Positions 39,229-49,223 of a stretch of 64,000 nucleotides of DNA are shown piece after piece. Positions within the stretch are counted from its first letter, which is position 1, and the number at the start of each line of letters is the position of its first letter. The stretch is taken from assembly GCA_046290465.1 (NCBI GenBank), contig JBKAGP010000001.1, positions 4,064,001 through 4,128,000 of the forward strand. Direction: 5' to 3'. The position numbers and the translations under genes were made by a program. Source of the DNA: Planctomycetota bacterium. GTDB taxonomy: Bacteria > Planctomycetota > UBA1135 > UBA2386. The notes below the pieces were generated by a model. It saw nothing but the letters and a program-made list of their open reading frames with translations. It had not been told where the DNA came from and made no database searches.

Positions 39229-40457
39229 CGGATGACCGGTCGCGAACGACGCCGCTGCTGCTCGTAGACGAGCTGGTTCTGCTCGGCGAAGCGCTTGTCC
39301 GTCAGCGTGAACAAGAACGCCACCACCTCGTCGACCTGTGCGTCGGTCAGCTCCAGCTTCTGGATCTGCGGGTCCTGCCAGGTGTTCTTGTTGCCGCCGT
39401 CGTTGTAGTGCTCGACCACGTCCCACAGCGTCGCCATCGAACCGTCGTGCATGTACGGCGCGGTCAGCGCGACGTTGCGCAGCGGCGCGGTGCGGAACGC
39501 GCCGACCTGGTACTCGAGCTTGCTGATCAGCGCGCGCCCGAGCTCACCGTAGCTGCCGACGATCTCCGCCATGTCCGCCGACGACGGGTCGCGATCGCGC
39601 GCGCGCACCTTGGGAAACGCCTCGCGGCCGATCGCCTGGTGGTCGTGCCGGTCGAAGCCGACGCCGACGTTGTGGAAGTTGCCGTCCGACAGCAGCGGCT
39701 CGCGCAGGCTGATCGGATGGCACGACGTGCAGTGCTCGCGAAACACCTCCATGCCGGCCTTGGCCTGCTCGGAGATCGCATCGTCGTCGCCGGCGCGGAA
39801 CGCATCGAACGGAGCGTCCAGGAACACCAACGTGCGCTGGAACGCCGCCAGCGCGCGCGCGATGTCGTCGAACTGCGGCTCGCGCCCGTAGGCCAGTTCG
39901 AACAGCAGCACGTATTCCTCGACCTCGCGAACTCGCGTGACGACGGCAGCCTTGTCCGGCATGCCCATTTCGTGCGGGTTGAGGATCGGCGCGGCGGCCT
40001 GTTCTTCGAGCGTCTGCACGCGCCCGTCCCAGAACAGCCGCTTCTGCAGCGCCGCGTTCATCACCGACGGCGCGTTGCGCGGCACCACCTGGCCGCCAAC
40101 GCCGATCGACGTGCGCCGCGGCTCGGCGAAGCCGTGCTCGGGATCGTGGCAGCTCGCGCACGAGAGCGTGCGGTCCTTGGACAGTCGCTTGTCGAAGAAC
40201 AGCAGCTGGCCGAGACCGACCCGCGTGACGTCCGGCTCGTTGCCCTTCGGCGCCATCCCGAATGCGCCGCGGTAGTAGCTCCACTGCTCCTTGGCGATGC
40301 CGGGCGGGGTCGCCGTCCAGCCGGCCTCGGGCTCGAGCTGCGCCAGTGCGCGCAGCATCTGCGCGGTCTTGGTGCGGACGACGGATGGTTCGGTCTGCGC
40401 ACAGACGGTCGTCGTCAGCAGCACGGCGGCGCACCAGGAACGGATCATGCCCGCCAT
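39225..40457 (-). CDS. Di-heme cytochrome c peroxidase / MauG-family protein
   Basis: Signal peptide, LFFDKRLS..CASCH, FWDGR, CTSCH and FRTAPLRNVALTAPYMHDG. Confidence 0.9.
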   Translation of the reverse strand: MAGMIRSWCAAVLLTTTVCAQTEPSVVRTKTAQMLRALAQLEPEAGWTATPPGIAKEQWSYYRGAFGMAPKGNEPDVTRVGLGQLLFFDKRLSKDRTLSCASCHDPEHGFAEPRRTSIGVGGQVVPRNAPSVMNAALQKRLFWDGRVQTLEEQAAAPILNPHEMGMPDKAAVVTRVREVEEYVLLFELAYGREPQFDDIARALAAFQRTLVFLDAPFDAFRAGDDDAISEQAKAGMEVFREHCTSCHPISLREPLLSDGNFHNVGVGFDRHDHQAIGREAFPKVRARDRDPSSADMAEIVGSYGELGRALISKLEYQVGAFRTAPLRNVALTAPYMHDGSMATLWDVVEHYNDGGNKNTWQDPQIQKLELTDAQVDEVVAFLFTLTDKRFAEQNQLVYEQQRRRSRPVIR

Positions 40458-40470
40458 GGTAGCGCCTGCC

Positions 40471-42150
40471 TCAGTGCTTGTGCGGCGCCAGCGCGATCCG
40501 GACCGGCACGCCGCGCTGGATCCTGACGACCTCGGTGGCCTCCACCTCGCCGTCGACGACGCGCATCGCCATCCCGTACCACCCGCCGCCGGGCACGCCA
40601 CGGATCGCCACGCGGCCGTGCTCACCGGAGAACGCCACCAGCGAGGCGTTGCCGGTCGCCGATGCCGCGACGATGTCGGCGTCGGTGTCGTTCATGCCGA
40701 AGATCGTGATCCACGCGCCCGGGCACGGCTGGTCGTCGCCATCGACGACCTCGATCTCGAACGCGTCGTGCTTGCCGGTCTGCAGCGCCACCTCGGTGGC
40801 CTTGCCATCGACCTCGTGGATCGCAAACCCGGCCGCACCCGAGTTCGCGACCAGCACCAGCTGGCCCGGTGGCAGCGACGCGAAGCAGAAGCGACCGCCG
40901 TGGTCGGCGTAGGTGACCCACAAGGGATCGCCGCGGTCCACGTAGGCCTGCTGCCGCGAGCGCGCCGTGATCCGCGCACCGGCCAGCGGCACGCCATTGG
41001 TGTCGACGATCGCGCCGCGCAGCGAGCGCGGGGCGACCGTGAGCCGGCCACCAGCCTTTGGCGGCAAGAACGGCACGTGCCGGCCGTCGATCTCGACGAA
41101 GCCGATGCAGTCCGGGCCGAGACCTTCTCCGCCCAGCGTCGCGACCCCGCGGTCGTCGGTGCGGGTCCAGTGTTGCAGCGGCGGATGGCCCCGATCTCCG
41201 TAGCGCCACAGCACGCGACGATCCGCCATCGGCCGACCGTCGTGCACCAAGGTGACCGAGAGCGCCGGCGCCGGCTGCAGTTCGAACGTCATCAGGCCGT
41301 CCACCGGGTCGCCATGCGCCAGACGGCGGCCCGACGCCGCCACGAGCAGCCGATCCCGCCGCGCCGCGACGACGAAGCGGCCCCGTTCGTCGGTGCGTGC
41401 TTCGCCGCCGAGCCGGAAGCTCTCGAACACGCGCGCTCCGACGATCGGCGCCCCTGCCGGGTCGCGCACGATGCCTTCGACGAGCGGTCGTTGCTTGGCC
41501 CGCAGCTCGAGCGTGCGGCAGCGCCGCAACGGCATCATCAGGCCACCGTCGAGCAGCAGCCACGAGCGATCCACCGCCACCGGGATCAGGTACGGCTCCC
41601 AGAACGGCTCCTGCAGGTAGGCACTCGGAAACGCGCAGCGCCAGCGCCCGTCGCCGTCCGTCGTCAGGCGGTGCCGCGTGATCGGCGAACCGCAGCCGCG
41701 GTGCCGCGCCCAGGTCTGCTCGAACGGCTCGAGCGCCAGTTCGAACCCTGCCAGCGGCGCTCCGGATTCGTCCTTCACGACGCCGCCGACCCACGGCGTC
41801 TCGATCAGCTCCAGTTCGCAGAACCCGCCGGCCATGACCGGAAACCGGCGCATGCTCATCGACGCACCATCTGCTGTCGCAGCGATCAGTTCGAACGGGC
41901 CCGCGACCGGCAGCTTGCCGCGGAAGCGACCGCGTCGGTCCGTCGTCAGGACCTCGGTGGCGACCCCGCCGTCGGCCAGCGTGTAGCCGCAGAGCCCCGG
42001 CAGTTCGGGATGCACCCGCCAGCGCACGGTGACGGCGACGTCGGCCCGCGGTGCACGATCGGCAGCGCGCACGATTCCTGCCAGTTCGAACTGCTGCGCA
42101 GCTGGCGCGGTCGCGACCAGCAGCGCCGCGATGAGGCCGCGGAGACGCAT
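40471..42150 (-). CDS. Exported carboxypeptidase-regulatory-like domain protein
   Basis: Signal peptide and repeated GVVKD/GIVRD..G.P..GA and TDxxGRF motifs. Confidence 0.7.
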   Translation of the reverse strand: MRLRGLIAALLVATAPAAQQFELAGIVRAADRAPRADVAVTVRWRVHPELPGLCGYTLADGGVATEVLTTDRRGRFRGKLPVAGPFELIAATADGASMSMRRFPVMAGGFCELELIETPWVGGVVKDESGAPLAGFELALEPFEQTWARHRGCGSPITRHRLTTDGDGRWRCAFPSAYLQEPFWEPYLIPVAVDRSWLLLDGGLMMPLRRCRTLELRAKQRPLVEGIVRDPAGAPIVGARVFESFRLGGEARTDERGRFVVAARRDRLLVAASGRRLAHGDPVDGLMTFELQPAPALSVTLVHDGRPMADRRVLWRYGDRGHPPLQHWTRTDDRGVATLGGEGLGPDCIGFVEIDGRHVPFLPPKAGGRLTVAPRSLRGAIVDTNGVPLAGARITARSRQQAYVDRGDPLWVTYADHGGRFCFASLPPGQLVLVANSGAAGFAIHEVDGKATEVALQTGKHDAFEIEVVDGDDQPCPGAWITIFGMNDTDADIVAASATGNASLVAFSGEHGRVAIRGVPGGGWYGMAMRVVDGEVEATEVVRIQRGVPVRIALAPHKH

Positions 42151-42175
42151 CCCGACACGGTATGGTGGATCGCGC

Positions 42176-44173
42176 ATGCCCGCCACCAAGCCACTGCTCG
42201 CAGGGATCGGCTCGGCGCTGTTCGTGCTGACCCTGCTGGGCGTGTTGATCGTGCAGCAGGCACGGCGCGACGCCCGCGCCGCGATGGTCGAGCAGCTCGA
42301 CGCCGCGCGCGTGCGCCTCGAGGGCGCGCTCTACGAACGGCTCAACATGGTGCGCGGACTCGCCGCCTTCGTGCGGACCCACGAGACGTTCTCGGACGAG
42401 CAGTTCCAGCGGTTCGCGCTGGCGCTCGAAGGGGACCGCAAGGGCATCCTGAGCCTGCAGCTCGCGCCGGACGCCGTCGTCACCTACCTCACGCACGAGG
42501 ACCGCAACCAGAAGGCACGTGGTCACGACCTGCTCGCCGACCCGACGCGGCGTGCGCTGGTCGAGCGCGCCATCGACAACCGCGAGTATTTCCTCGCCGG
42601 CCCGTTGCAGCTCGTGCAGGGTGGCATCGCGCTGATCAGCCGCCTGCCGATCTTCCTGCCGGATGCCAGCGCCGCGACCGGCGACCGCTTCTGGGGGTTC
42701 TCGACGATCCTGCTCGAGGTCGGGCCGCTGCTCGCCGAGGCCGGCATCGACGAACAGCACACCTCGCTCGAGTTCGCGGTGCGCGGAACCGACGGACGCG
42801 GCCGCGACGGCGACGTGTTCTTCGGGGACGAGCAACTGTTCGTCGCGCCGCAGGCAGCGGTCGACGTCGCGATCCCCAACGGCAGATGGGTGCTGGCCGC
42901 GCGCCGACGCGATTCCGCGTTCGCCGCGTCGTTCGGTTCGCCGCTGCTCTGGCTCGGTGCCGTCGCGATGGCGCTGCTGCTCGGCGGCCTGGTGTTGGTG
43001 CAGCTACAGCGGCCGCTGCAGCTGCAGGCCGCCGCCGATCGCGCCGTGAAGGCGCTCGAGGAGAGCCAGGAGCAGCTGCGCCAGGCGCAGAAGATGGAGT
43101 CGATCGGGCACCTGACCGGCGGCGTCGCGCACGACTTCAACAACCTGCTGGCGATCATCGGCGGCGGCATCGAGCTGGCGCTGATGGATGCGACCGACGA
43201 CGAACAGCGCGACGCGCTCACGCAGGCGATGTCGGCGACCAAGCGCGGCGCGCGGTTGACCCAGTCGCTGATGGCGTTTGCGCGCAAACAGCGGCTCGCG
43301 CCGGTCGAGACCGACCTCAACGACCTGATCCGCAACAACCGATCGATGCTCACAGCCAGCATCGGCGAGGCGATCGAACTGCGCCTGCAGCTCGCCGCGC
43401 CGTTGCACCATGCGCTGGTGGACCCCAACCAGCTGCACACCGCGCTGCTCAACCTGGCGATCAACGCCCGCGATGCGATGCCCGACGGCGGCGTGCTGAC
43501 GATCGCGACGCGCGAGCTGCCCGAAGAGGACCGCGTCGAGGTGTCGGTCACCGACACCGGGGAAGGCATGAGCGACGACGTGCGCGAACGCGTGTTCGAG
43601 CCGTTCTTCACGACCAAGCCGGTCGGCAAGGGATCCGGCCTCGGCCTCAGCATGGTCTACGGCCTGATGCAGCAGTCCGGCGGCGACATCGTCGTCGACA
43701 GCGAGCCGGGCGTCGGCACGGTCGTACGCATGCGGCTGCCGAAGGCGCGCAGCTCGACGCCGAAGGAGCAGACGCCGTATCCCGAGACCTATGCCGACCT
43801 GCCGCAGGCGCGCGGCGAGACCGTGCTGCTGACCGAGGACGACGCCGGCGTTCGCCGGATCATGGTCCGCCAGCTGCAGCGGCTCGGCTACCACGTGCTT
43901 GAGGCCGAGGACGCAGCCAGCGCGCGCAAACGGCTCGACGACGGCCCGGTGGACGTGCTGTTGACCGACGTCGTGCTCGGCAACGGCCCCGACGGCTACG
44001 CGCTCGGCGCCGAGGTGCGCCGAGACCACCCATCGATGGCCGTGCTCTACGCGTCGGGCAACCACCGCTCCACCGGCAAGCCGTCACACGACGACGCGGT
44101 GCTGCTGCGCAAGCCGGTCGCGACGCCGGAGCTCGCCCGCGCGCTGCGCGCCGCCATCGACCAGCGCGGCTGA
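42176..44173 (+). CDS. CHASE-domain hybrid histidine kinase
   Basis: CHASE motif (GPLQLVQGG..LISRLPIF..FWG), AHDFNNLL, FTTKPVGKGSGLGL and receiver domain (EDD..LTDV..SG..KP). Confidence 0.93.
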   Translation: MPATKPLLAGIGSALFVLTLLGVLIVQQARRDARAAMVEQLDAARVRLEGALYERLNMVRGLAAFVRTHETFSDEQFQRFALALEGDRKGILSLQLAPDAVVTYLTHEDRNQKARGHDLLADPTRRALVERAIDNREYFLAGPLQLVQGGIALISRLPIFLPDASAATGDRFWGFSTILLEVGPLLAEAGIDEQHTSLEFAVRGTDGRGRDGDVFFGDEQLFVAPQAAVDVAIPNGRWVLAARRRDSAFAASFGSPLLWLGAVAMALLLGGLVLVQLQRPLQLQAAADRAVKALEESQEQLRQAQKMESIGHLTGGVAHDFNNLLAIIGGGIELALMDATDDEQRDALTQAMSATKRGARLTQSLMAFARKQRLAPVETDLNDLIRNNRSMLTASIGEAIELRLQLAAPLHHALVDPNQLHTALLNLAINARDAMPDGGVLTIATRELPEEDRVEVSVTDTGEGMSDDVRERVFEPFFTTKPVGKGSGLGLSMVYGLMQQSGGDIVVDSEPGVGTVVRMRLPKARSSTPKEQTPYPETYADLPQARGETVLLTEDDAGVRRIMVRQLQRLGYHVLEAEDAASARKRLDDGPVDVLLTDVVLGNGPDGYALGAEVRRDHPSMAVLYASGNHRSTGKPSHDDAVLLRKPVATPELARALRAAIDQRG

Positions 44174-44208
44174 GTCGCCACGTCGGCGACGCGGCATGCG
44201 GCCGTCGC

Positions 44209-44970
44209 CTACAGCGTGAACTCGCGCGGGAAGAACCTGGTCGGCGACCGCGACTGCACGCCGAACACGTGCTCGACGTTGTCCGGTGCCAACGCCTGTT
44301 CGGGCGCGTCGTCGGCGAACAGCCGGCCGTCGTGCAGCAGCACCGCCCGGTCGCAGTGCGGGGCGAACAGGTTGAGGTCGTGGCTCGCGACCAGGATGCC
44401 GTGGCCGTCGTCGGCGAGCCGGCGCAGCAGCCGCACCAGCTGCAGCGCGTGCTCGAGGTCGAGGTTGTTGGTCGGTTCGTCGAGCAGCAGCAGCCTGGCC
44501 TCGGTGGCGAGCGCGCGCGCGACGGCGACGCGCCGCTGTTCGCCGCCGGACAACGTGGTGACCGCACGGTTGGCGAACGCACCGGCATCCAGCAGCACCA
44601 GCGCCCGCTCGATCGCGGCGTGGTCCTCGGGCCGCAGCGCCTCGCTGCGGCCGCGGTGGGGGTGCCGTCCCATCGTCACCAGCTCCCGGCCGGTGAAGTC
44701 GAACGGCACGTCGGTGTCCTGCGGCACGAACGCCAGCTCGCGCGCCCGCGCCCGCGGCTCCCAGGCCGCCAGCGGTTTGCCGCCGAGCTGCGCGCTGCCC
44801 GCGTCGGGCTGCAGGGCTCCGACCATGCAGCGCAGGATCGTGCTCTTGCCGGCGCCGTTGCGGCCGGCGAGCAGCACGAGTTCTCCCGGCGCGATCTCGA
44901 GCGAGACGCCGTGCAGGACCGTTCGCTGGCCGAGCTGCACCGACAGCATGTTGGCGACGACCGAGGTCAC
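44209..44970 (-). CDS. Iron-chelate/cobalamin ABC transporter ATP-binding protein
   Basis: GRNGAGKST, LSGGEQRR, LLDEPT and SHDLN motifs. Confidence 0.92.
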   Translation of the reverse strand: MTSVVANMLSVQLGQRTVLHGVSLEIAPGELVLLAGRNGAGKSTILRCMVGALQPDAGSAQLGGKPLAAWEPRARARELAFVPQDTDVPFDFTGRELVTMGRHPHRGRSEALRPEDHAAIERALVLLDAGAFANRAVTTLSGGEQRRVAVARALATEARLLLLDEPTNNLDLEHALQLVRLLRRLADDGHGILVASHDLNLFAPHCDRAVLLHDGRLFADDAPEQALAPDNVEHVFGVQSRSPTRFFPREFTL

Positions 44971-45983
44971 AGCGCCACTCCCCGACGCTGCCGCGCCAGC
45001 AGGTACAAGAAGTACGGTGCGCCCGCGACCGCGGTGACGACGCCGAGCCGCAGGTTCCACTCGGCCGGCGCGACGCGGCAACCGAGGTCGCTGACGACCA
45101 TCAGCACCGCCCCGAGCAGCGCCGCCGTCGGCAGCAGCACGCGGTGCGCGGGGCCGACCAGCAGGCGTGCGAGGTGCGGCACGATCAAGCCGACGAACGC
45201 GATGCCGCCGCTGTTGGCCACCGTCGTCGCCGTCAGGCCGCAGGCGAACCAGACCAGCGTGCGGCGGGCGCGCTGGGCGTCGACGCCGAGGCTGTGGGCG
45301 CTGTCGTCGCGCAGCGTCAGCAGGTCGAGTTCGCGGGCGCGCGGCCAGACCATCAGTGCAAACAGCAGGAAGCCGCCAGCCGTGATCCAGGCGTGCTGCC
45401 ACGTGCGCGCGTCGAGCCCGCCCATCAGCCAGAACAGCACGCGCGAGCTGGCGGTGTAGTTGTCGAACGCGAACGTGACCACGAACGACGTCAGCGCGCC
45501 GAACAGCGTGTTGAGCGCGATGCCGGCGAGCAGCAGGTTGGCGACGGTGAAGCGGCCGTGTGAGCCGGCGAGCACGAACACCAGCGACGTCACGCCGACC
45601 GCGCCCGCCAGCGCGAACAGCGGCGTCATCACGACGCCGAGGTCGGCCCAGCCGAACACGATCGCCAGCGCGCCGCCGAACGCGGCCCCGGCGGCGGTGC
45701 CGATGATGTCGGGCGAAGCCAGCGGGTTGCGGAAGGTGGCCTGCATGACCGTGCCGGCGAGCGCGAGCGCGGCGCCGCCGAAGGTCGCGACCAGCACCCG
45801 CGGCGTGCGGATCGTGCCGAGCACGAAGCGGTCGGCGGCGTCCGGCGCGTCGGTCAGGCCGGTCCACGAGAGCAACCACGCAAACAAGGCGTCGAGGCCG
45901 GGGCGTTCGCGTGCGAGTCCCAGGTGCAGCAACGAGACCGCGACCAGCACGGCGACCAACAGCAGCGGCAGGCGGCGCTTCAC
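44967..45983 (-). CDS. FecCD/BtuC family ABC permease
   Basis: RTPR, QATFRNPLASP and IAFVGLIVPH motifs. Confidence 0.92.
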   Translation of the reverse strand: MKRRLPLLLVAVLVAVSLLHLGLARERPGLDALFAWLLSWTGLTDAPDAADRFVLGTIRTPRVLVATFGGAALALAGTVMQATFRNPLASPDIIGTAAGAAFGGALAIVFGWADLGVVMTPLFALAGAVGVTSLVFVLAGSHGRFTVANLLLAGIALNTLFGALTSFVVTFAFDNYTASSRVLFWLMGGLDARTWQHAWITAGGFLLFALMVWPRARELDLLTLRDDSAHSLGVDAQRARRTLVWFACGLTATTVANSGGIAFVGLIVPHLARLLVGPAHRVLLPTAALLGAVLMVVSDLGCRVAPAEWNLRLGVVTAVAGAPYFLYLLARQRRGVAL

Positions 45984-46855
45984 GGGGCCTTCCACTCCCG
46001 CAGCTGCTTCTGCACGAACGCCGCGGCCTCGACCAGATGGTGCGACGTGGTGCTCAGCAGCGGCCCCGGCACGAACAGCAGCCGTTCGTTCTGCACGCAC
46101 GGCAGCAGGTCGAGACCCGGGAACTGCTGCATCCACTCCGGCACGCCCTGCCCCGGCTCCCCGGCGAGCACGATCGCATCGGGCCGCCACGCGAGCACCT
46201 CCTCGATGTCGAGCTTGCGGAACGCGCCGACGCCGTGCTCGGCGGCGACGTTGGTCGCGCCGGCCGCGCGCGCGACCGCGTCGAACAGCGAGGCCTCACC
46301 GTAGGTGTGCAGCGCCCCGTCGAGGCTCATCAGCCGCCACGCCGGCAGGTCGCGGCCGGCCGCCTCGACCTGCTGCAGCCGCTGCCGCATCGCGGTCGCG
46401 ACCGCACCGAGCTGCTCGTCGAGGTGGGTCACGCGACCCATCGTGCGCAGGTTCGCCTCGATGTCGTCGAAGCCGTGCGGGTCACGCGTGCGGACCACCG
46501 GCACGCCCGCCGCGGCCAGCAGCGCCAGCGTCTCGGCGCGCGTGTAGGCGTCGACCAGCACCAGGTCCGGGTCGACCGACAGCAGCTGCTCCGGCGTCGC
46601 GCCGACCAGCGGCACGCCGCGCGCGCGGTCCGCGACCAGCGAGTAGCCGGGGTCGGCCGCAAACGCGTGGGCCCCGGCCAGCCGTTCGTCGGGCAGCACG
46701 CCGAGCAGCGACTCCGCGGCCAGCACCGAGGCGGCTACGACGCGTCGGGGCGCGACCGCCGGACGCCACGAAGGCTCCTGCCACGGCTGTGCCTCGGTGC
46801 AGCCCACGAGCACGGTGAGGGCAACCGGGGCGAGCACGGACGTTCGGAGGGCCAC
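45980..46855 (-). CDS. Type III (BtuF/FhuD-like) substrate-binding lipoprotein
   Basis: Lipobox LVGC, RRVVA, EQLLSVDPDLV and EEVLAWRPD motifs. Confidence 0.85.
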   Translation of the reverse strand: MALRTSVLAPVALTVLVGCTEAQPWQEPSWRPAVAPRRVVAASVLAAESLLGVLPDERLAGAHAFAADPGYSLVADRARGVPLVGATPEQLLSVDPDLVLVDAYTRAETLALLAAAGVPVVRTRDPHGFDDIEANLRTMGRVTHLDEQLGAVATAMRQRLQQVEAAGRDLPAWRLMSLDGALHTYGEASLFDAVARAAGATNVAAEHGVGAFRKLDIEEVLAWRPDAIVLAGEPGQGVPEWMQQFPGLDLLPCVQNERLLFVPGPLLSTTSHHLVEAAAFVQKQLREWKAP

Positions 46856-46923
46856 GCGGCCATCATGGCCCGCGGCGACGGCCCCGCAATCAAAACAGCG
46901 TCGCGCCGGCTTTGGAGCTCGAC

Positions 46924-48150
46924 TCAGCGACCGCCGTCGCCTTCGCCCTCGGGCAGCCCGAACGAAGCCGGCAGCTCTTCCTTGCCCTTGGTCTGCTCCG
47001 ACCACGGCGCGTTCTTGAGCGTGATCGGGCCGACTTCGCGCAGTTCGTCCGTGCGGCGGTGCTGCACCACCAGCGTGCAGGTGTCTCCGCCGAGTCGCGA
47101 GCTGACCAGCATCTGGAAGTGCGGACCGTTCAGGACGTCGACGCCGTCGACCTTCATGATGACGTCGCCCTTCTTGAGACCGGCTTCCGCGGCTGCGCCC
47201 TCCTTGGGCGTGCCGGCGATCTTGGCGCCGGGTCCGAGGTGCGACGTCGCCAGCTGCACCCCGAGCCAGGCGCGCTGCAGGATGTCGCCTTCCTTCATCC
47301 GTTCGATCAGCGGCTGGATGTCGGCGATCGTCGTCGCGAAGCCGATGCCCGAGTCGTACCACTCGACGCCGGCGTTGCGCCCCGACGGCGACAGCGGCAC
47401 GGCGATGCCGAGCACGCGACCGTGGATGTCGACGACCGCGCCGCCGTAGTTGGCCGGCGAGGTGTAGGCGTCGATCTGCAGCGCGCGTCCGAACAGGCGC
47501 TGCTTCGCACTGACGATGCCGAGGTGCACGGTCGGCTCCTCCTGCGCGAACGTGCGGCCGAGCGCGAAGGCCCATTGTCCGACCTTGACGTCCTTCGGGT
47601 GCACGAACGTCGGCACCGGCAGATCCTCGGCGTCGATCTTGACCAGCGCGATGCCGCGGCTGGTGTCCTCGCCGACGCGCTCCGCGTGGAACGTGCCGAC
47701 CTTTGGCACCGTGATCAGCACGGTCGTCGGATCGAGGTTGAGCGCGAAGCGCGAGATCATGATCCAGCCGTCGGAGGTCAGGATGATGCCCGACGTCTTG
47801 CCCTGCGCCTGCTTGAAGCCGCCGGCGACCAGCGGGAGCTTCTTCTTCTTCTTGTCCTTCTTGTCCTTCTTGTCGTCCTTCTTGTCACCGTCGTCGGGGT
47901 CCCCTTCCGGGTCCTCCTTCTTGGGCTTCGGCTTGGGACGCGGCTTCGGCGGCGCGGGGCCGTCCATCGGTCCGTCCTTGCCCATCAGCCGGCGCGTGCC
48001 GCCGAACGTCTCGACGGTGACCACGAACGGCCCCGCCTTCTTCAGCGCCGCCTGCAGCACCGGCTCGAGCTCGAGGAACTCGTCCAGGTTGCCCTGCTGC
48101 GCGCACAGCGGCAGCGACAGACCCAACAACACGATGGTCGAACGCAGCAT
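46924..48150 (-). CDS. S1C/HtrA-like protease homolog with PDZ, catalytic triad absent
   Basis: SGIILTSDGWIMISRF (no His), DTSRGIA (no Asp), SPANYGG (Ser->Tyr), followed by PDZ. Confidence 0.85.
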   Translation of the reverse strand: MLRSTIVLLGLSLPLCAQQGNLDEFLELEPVLQAALKKAGPFVVTVETFGGTRRLMGKDGPMDGPAPPKPRPKPKPKKEDPEGDPDDGDKKDDKKDKKDKKKKKLPLVAGGFKQAQGKTSGIILTSDGWIMISRFALNLDPTTVLITVPKVGTFHAERVGEDTSRGIALVKIDAEDLPVPTFVHPKDVKVGQWAFALGRTFAQEEPTVHLGIVSAKQRLFGRALQIDAYTSPANYGGAVVDIHGRVLGIAVPLSPSGRNAGVEWYDSGIGFATTIADIQPLIERMKEGDILQRAWLGVQLATSHLGPGAKIAGTPKEGAAAEAGLKKGDVIMKVDGVDVLNGPHFQMLVSSRLGGDTCTLVVQHRRTDELREVGPITLKNAPWSEQTKGKEELPASFGLPEGEGDGGR

Positions 48151-49223
48151 CACTTCTTCGGCTCCTCGGCGAGCGTCATGTCGCCGGTCATCACGCGGGT
48201 GCCGCGCTTCCACATCACCTTGACCGTGTCGCCCGGCTTGTACTTCTCGAGCACGCGACGGAACTCGTTGCAGCTGCGCACCGAGAAGTCGTCGACGCGC
48301 ACGATCATGTCGTCGATACGCAGGCCGAGCTCGCGACCCGGGGACTTGCGCTTGACGCGCTCGACGTAGGCCGGTGGCGACTTGCGGCCGGCGGACTCGA
48401 ACAGCGTGATGCCGGTCCACACCGGCACGACCTCCGCCTCGACCTCGTCGCGCTCCTTGCCGTGCACCATCTGTTCGAGGTAGGGCAGCAGGTCGCGCGA
48501 CGGGATCGCTGCCGACAGCATGGTGTTGGTCTCCTTGCTGTCGAGCAGGCGCATGTTGAGCCCGATCCAGCGACCGTCGAGCGTGAACAGCCCGCCGCCG
48601 TAGTGGCCGGGGTTGTTGCAGGCATCGGTCAGGATGATGTCGCCGTCGTACCTGACGTCAGCCATGCGGTAGCGCAGCGCCGTGTTGGCGGTGCCGACCA
48701 CGACGCCGAACGTCGCGCTGACCTTCTCGGAGAACTCCGCGAGTCGGAAGCAGTTGCCGAGGCTGACGACGAACTGGCCGTTGCGGAACCGCGCCTGCTC
48801 CTCGCTCGGCGGCCACAGCGGCTGCAGCTTGCCGTCGACCTCCTCCGGGTCGATCTTGAGGATCCGTACGCCGAGCTTCTCGTCGGCGGCGAACAGCGTG
48901 GCCTCGTGCACCGAACCGTCGTAGAGCACGACCCGGGTGCGATCCTTCTGCAGCAGGATCTGGTCCAGCGTCAGGATGTGGCCGCGCTCGCTGATAACGA
49001 TGCCGGTCGCGTAGGCCTTGATCGTCGCCAGACCCGACGCGCCGTGGATCTTGACGATGCTCGGCAGCAGCTTGTCGATGGTCTTCTCGACCTGCGTCTT
49101 CGGCTTGCGCTCCGCGAACGAGTAGGCCTTGCCGAAGTCGTTCTTCGCCGCCTTGGGATCCTGCTGCGCTGAGATGGTGGCGGCGAGCGAGGCCGCGAGC
49201 ACGAACGTCAGGGTGCGCATCAT
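48150..49223 (-). CDS. S1C/HtrA-like protease homolog with PDZ, catalytic triad absent
   Basis: TGIVISERGHILTLDQ (no His), DEKLGV (no Asp), NPGHYGG (Ser->Tyr), followed by PDZ. Confidence 0.85.
   Translation of the reverse strand: MMRTLTFVLAASLAATISAQQDPKAAKNDFGKAYSFAERKPKTQVEKTIDKLLPSIVKIHGASGLATIKAYATGIVISERGHILTLDQILLQKDRTRVVLYDGSVHEATLFAADEKLGVRILKIDPEEVDGKLQPLWPPSEEQARFRNGQFVVSLGNCFRLAEFSEKVSATFGVVVGTANTALRYRMADVRYDGDIILTDACNNPGHYGGGLFTLDGRWIGLNMRLLDSKETNTMLSAAIPSRDLLPYLEQMVHGKERDEVEAEVVPVWTGITLFESAGRKSPPAYVERVKRKSPGRELGLRIDDMIVRVDDFSVRSCNEFRRVLEKYKPGDTVKVMWKRGTRVMTGDMTLAEEPKK

Noticed and set aside
40291..43902. Very long alternative-frame ORFs (e.g. 1203 aa here; also 6917..9613, 57812..60367, 60096..62582)
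   Set aside because: These are shadow ORFs of high-GC genes with Arg/Ala/Pro-rich nonsense translations that overlap well-supported genes.
46856..46923. Cobalamin riboswitch upstream of the Btu/FecCD transporter
   Set aside because: The gap is only ~68 bp and has no B12-box motifs, so the substrate is left unassigned.
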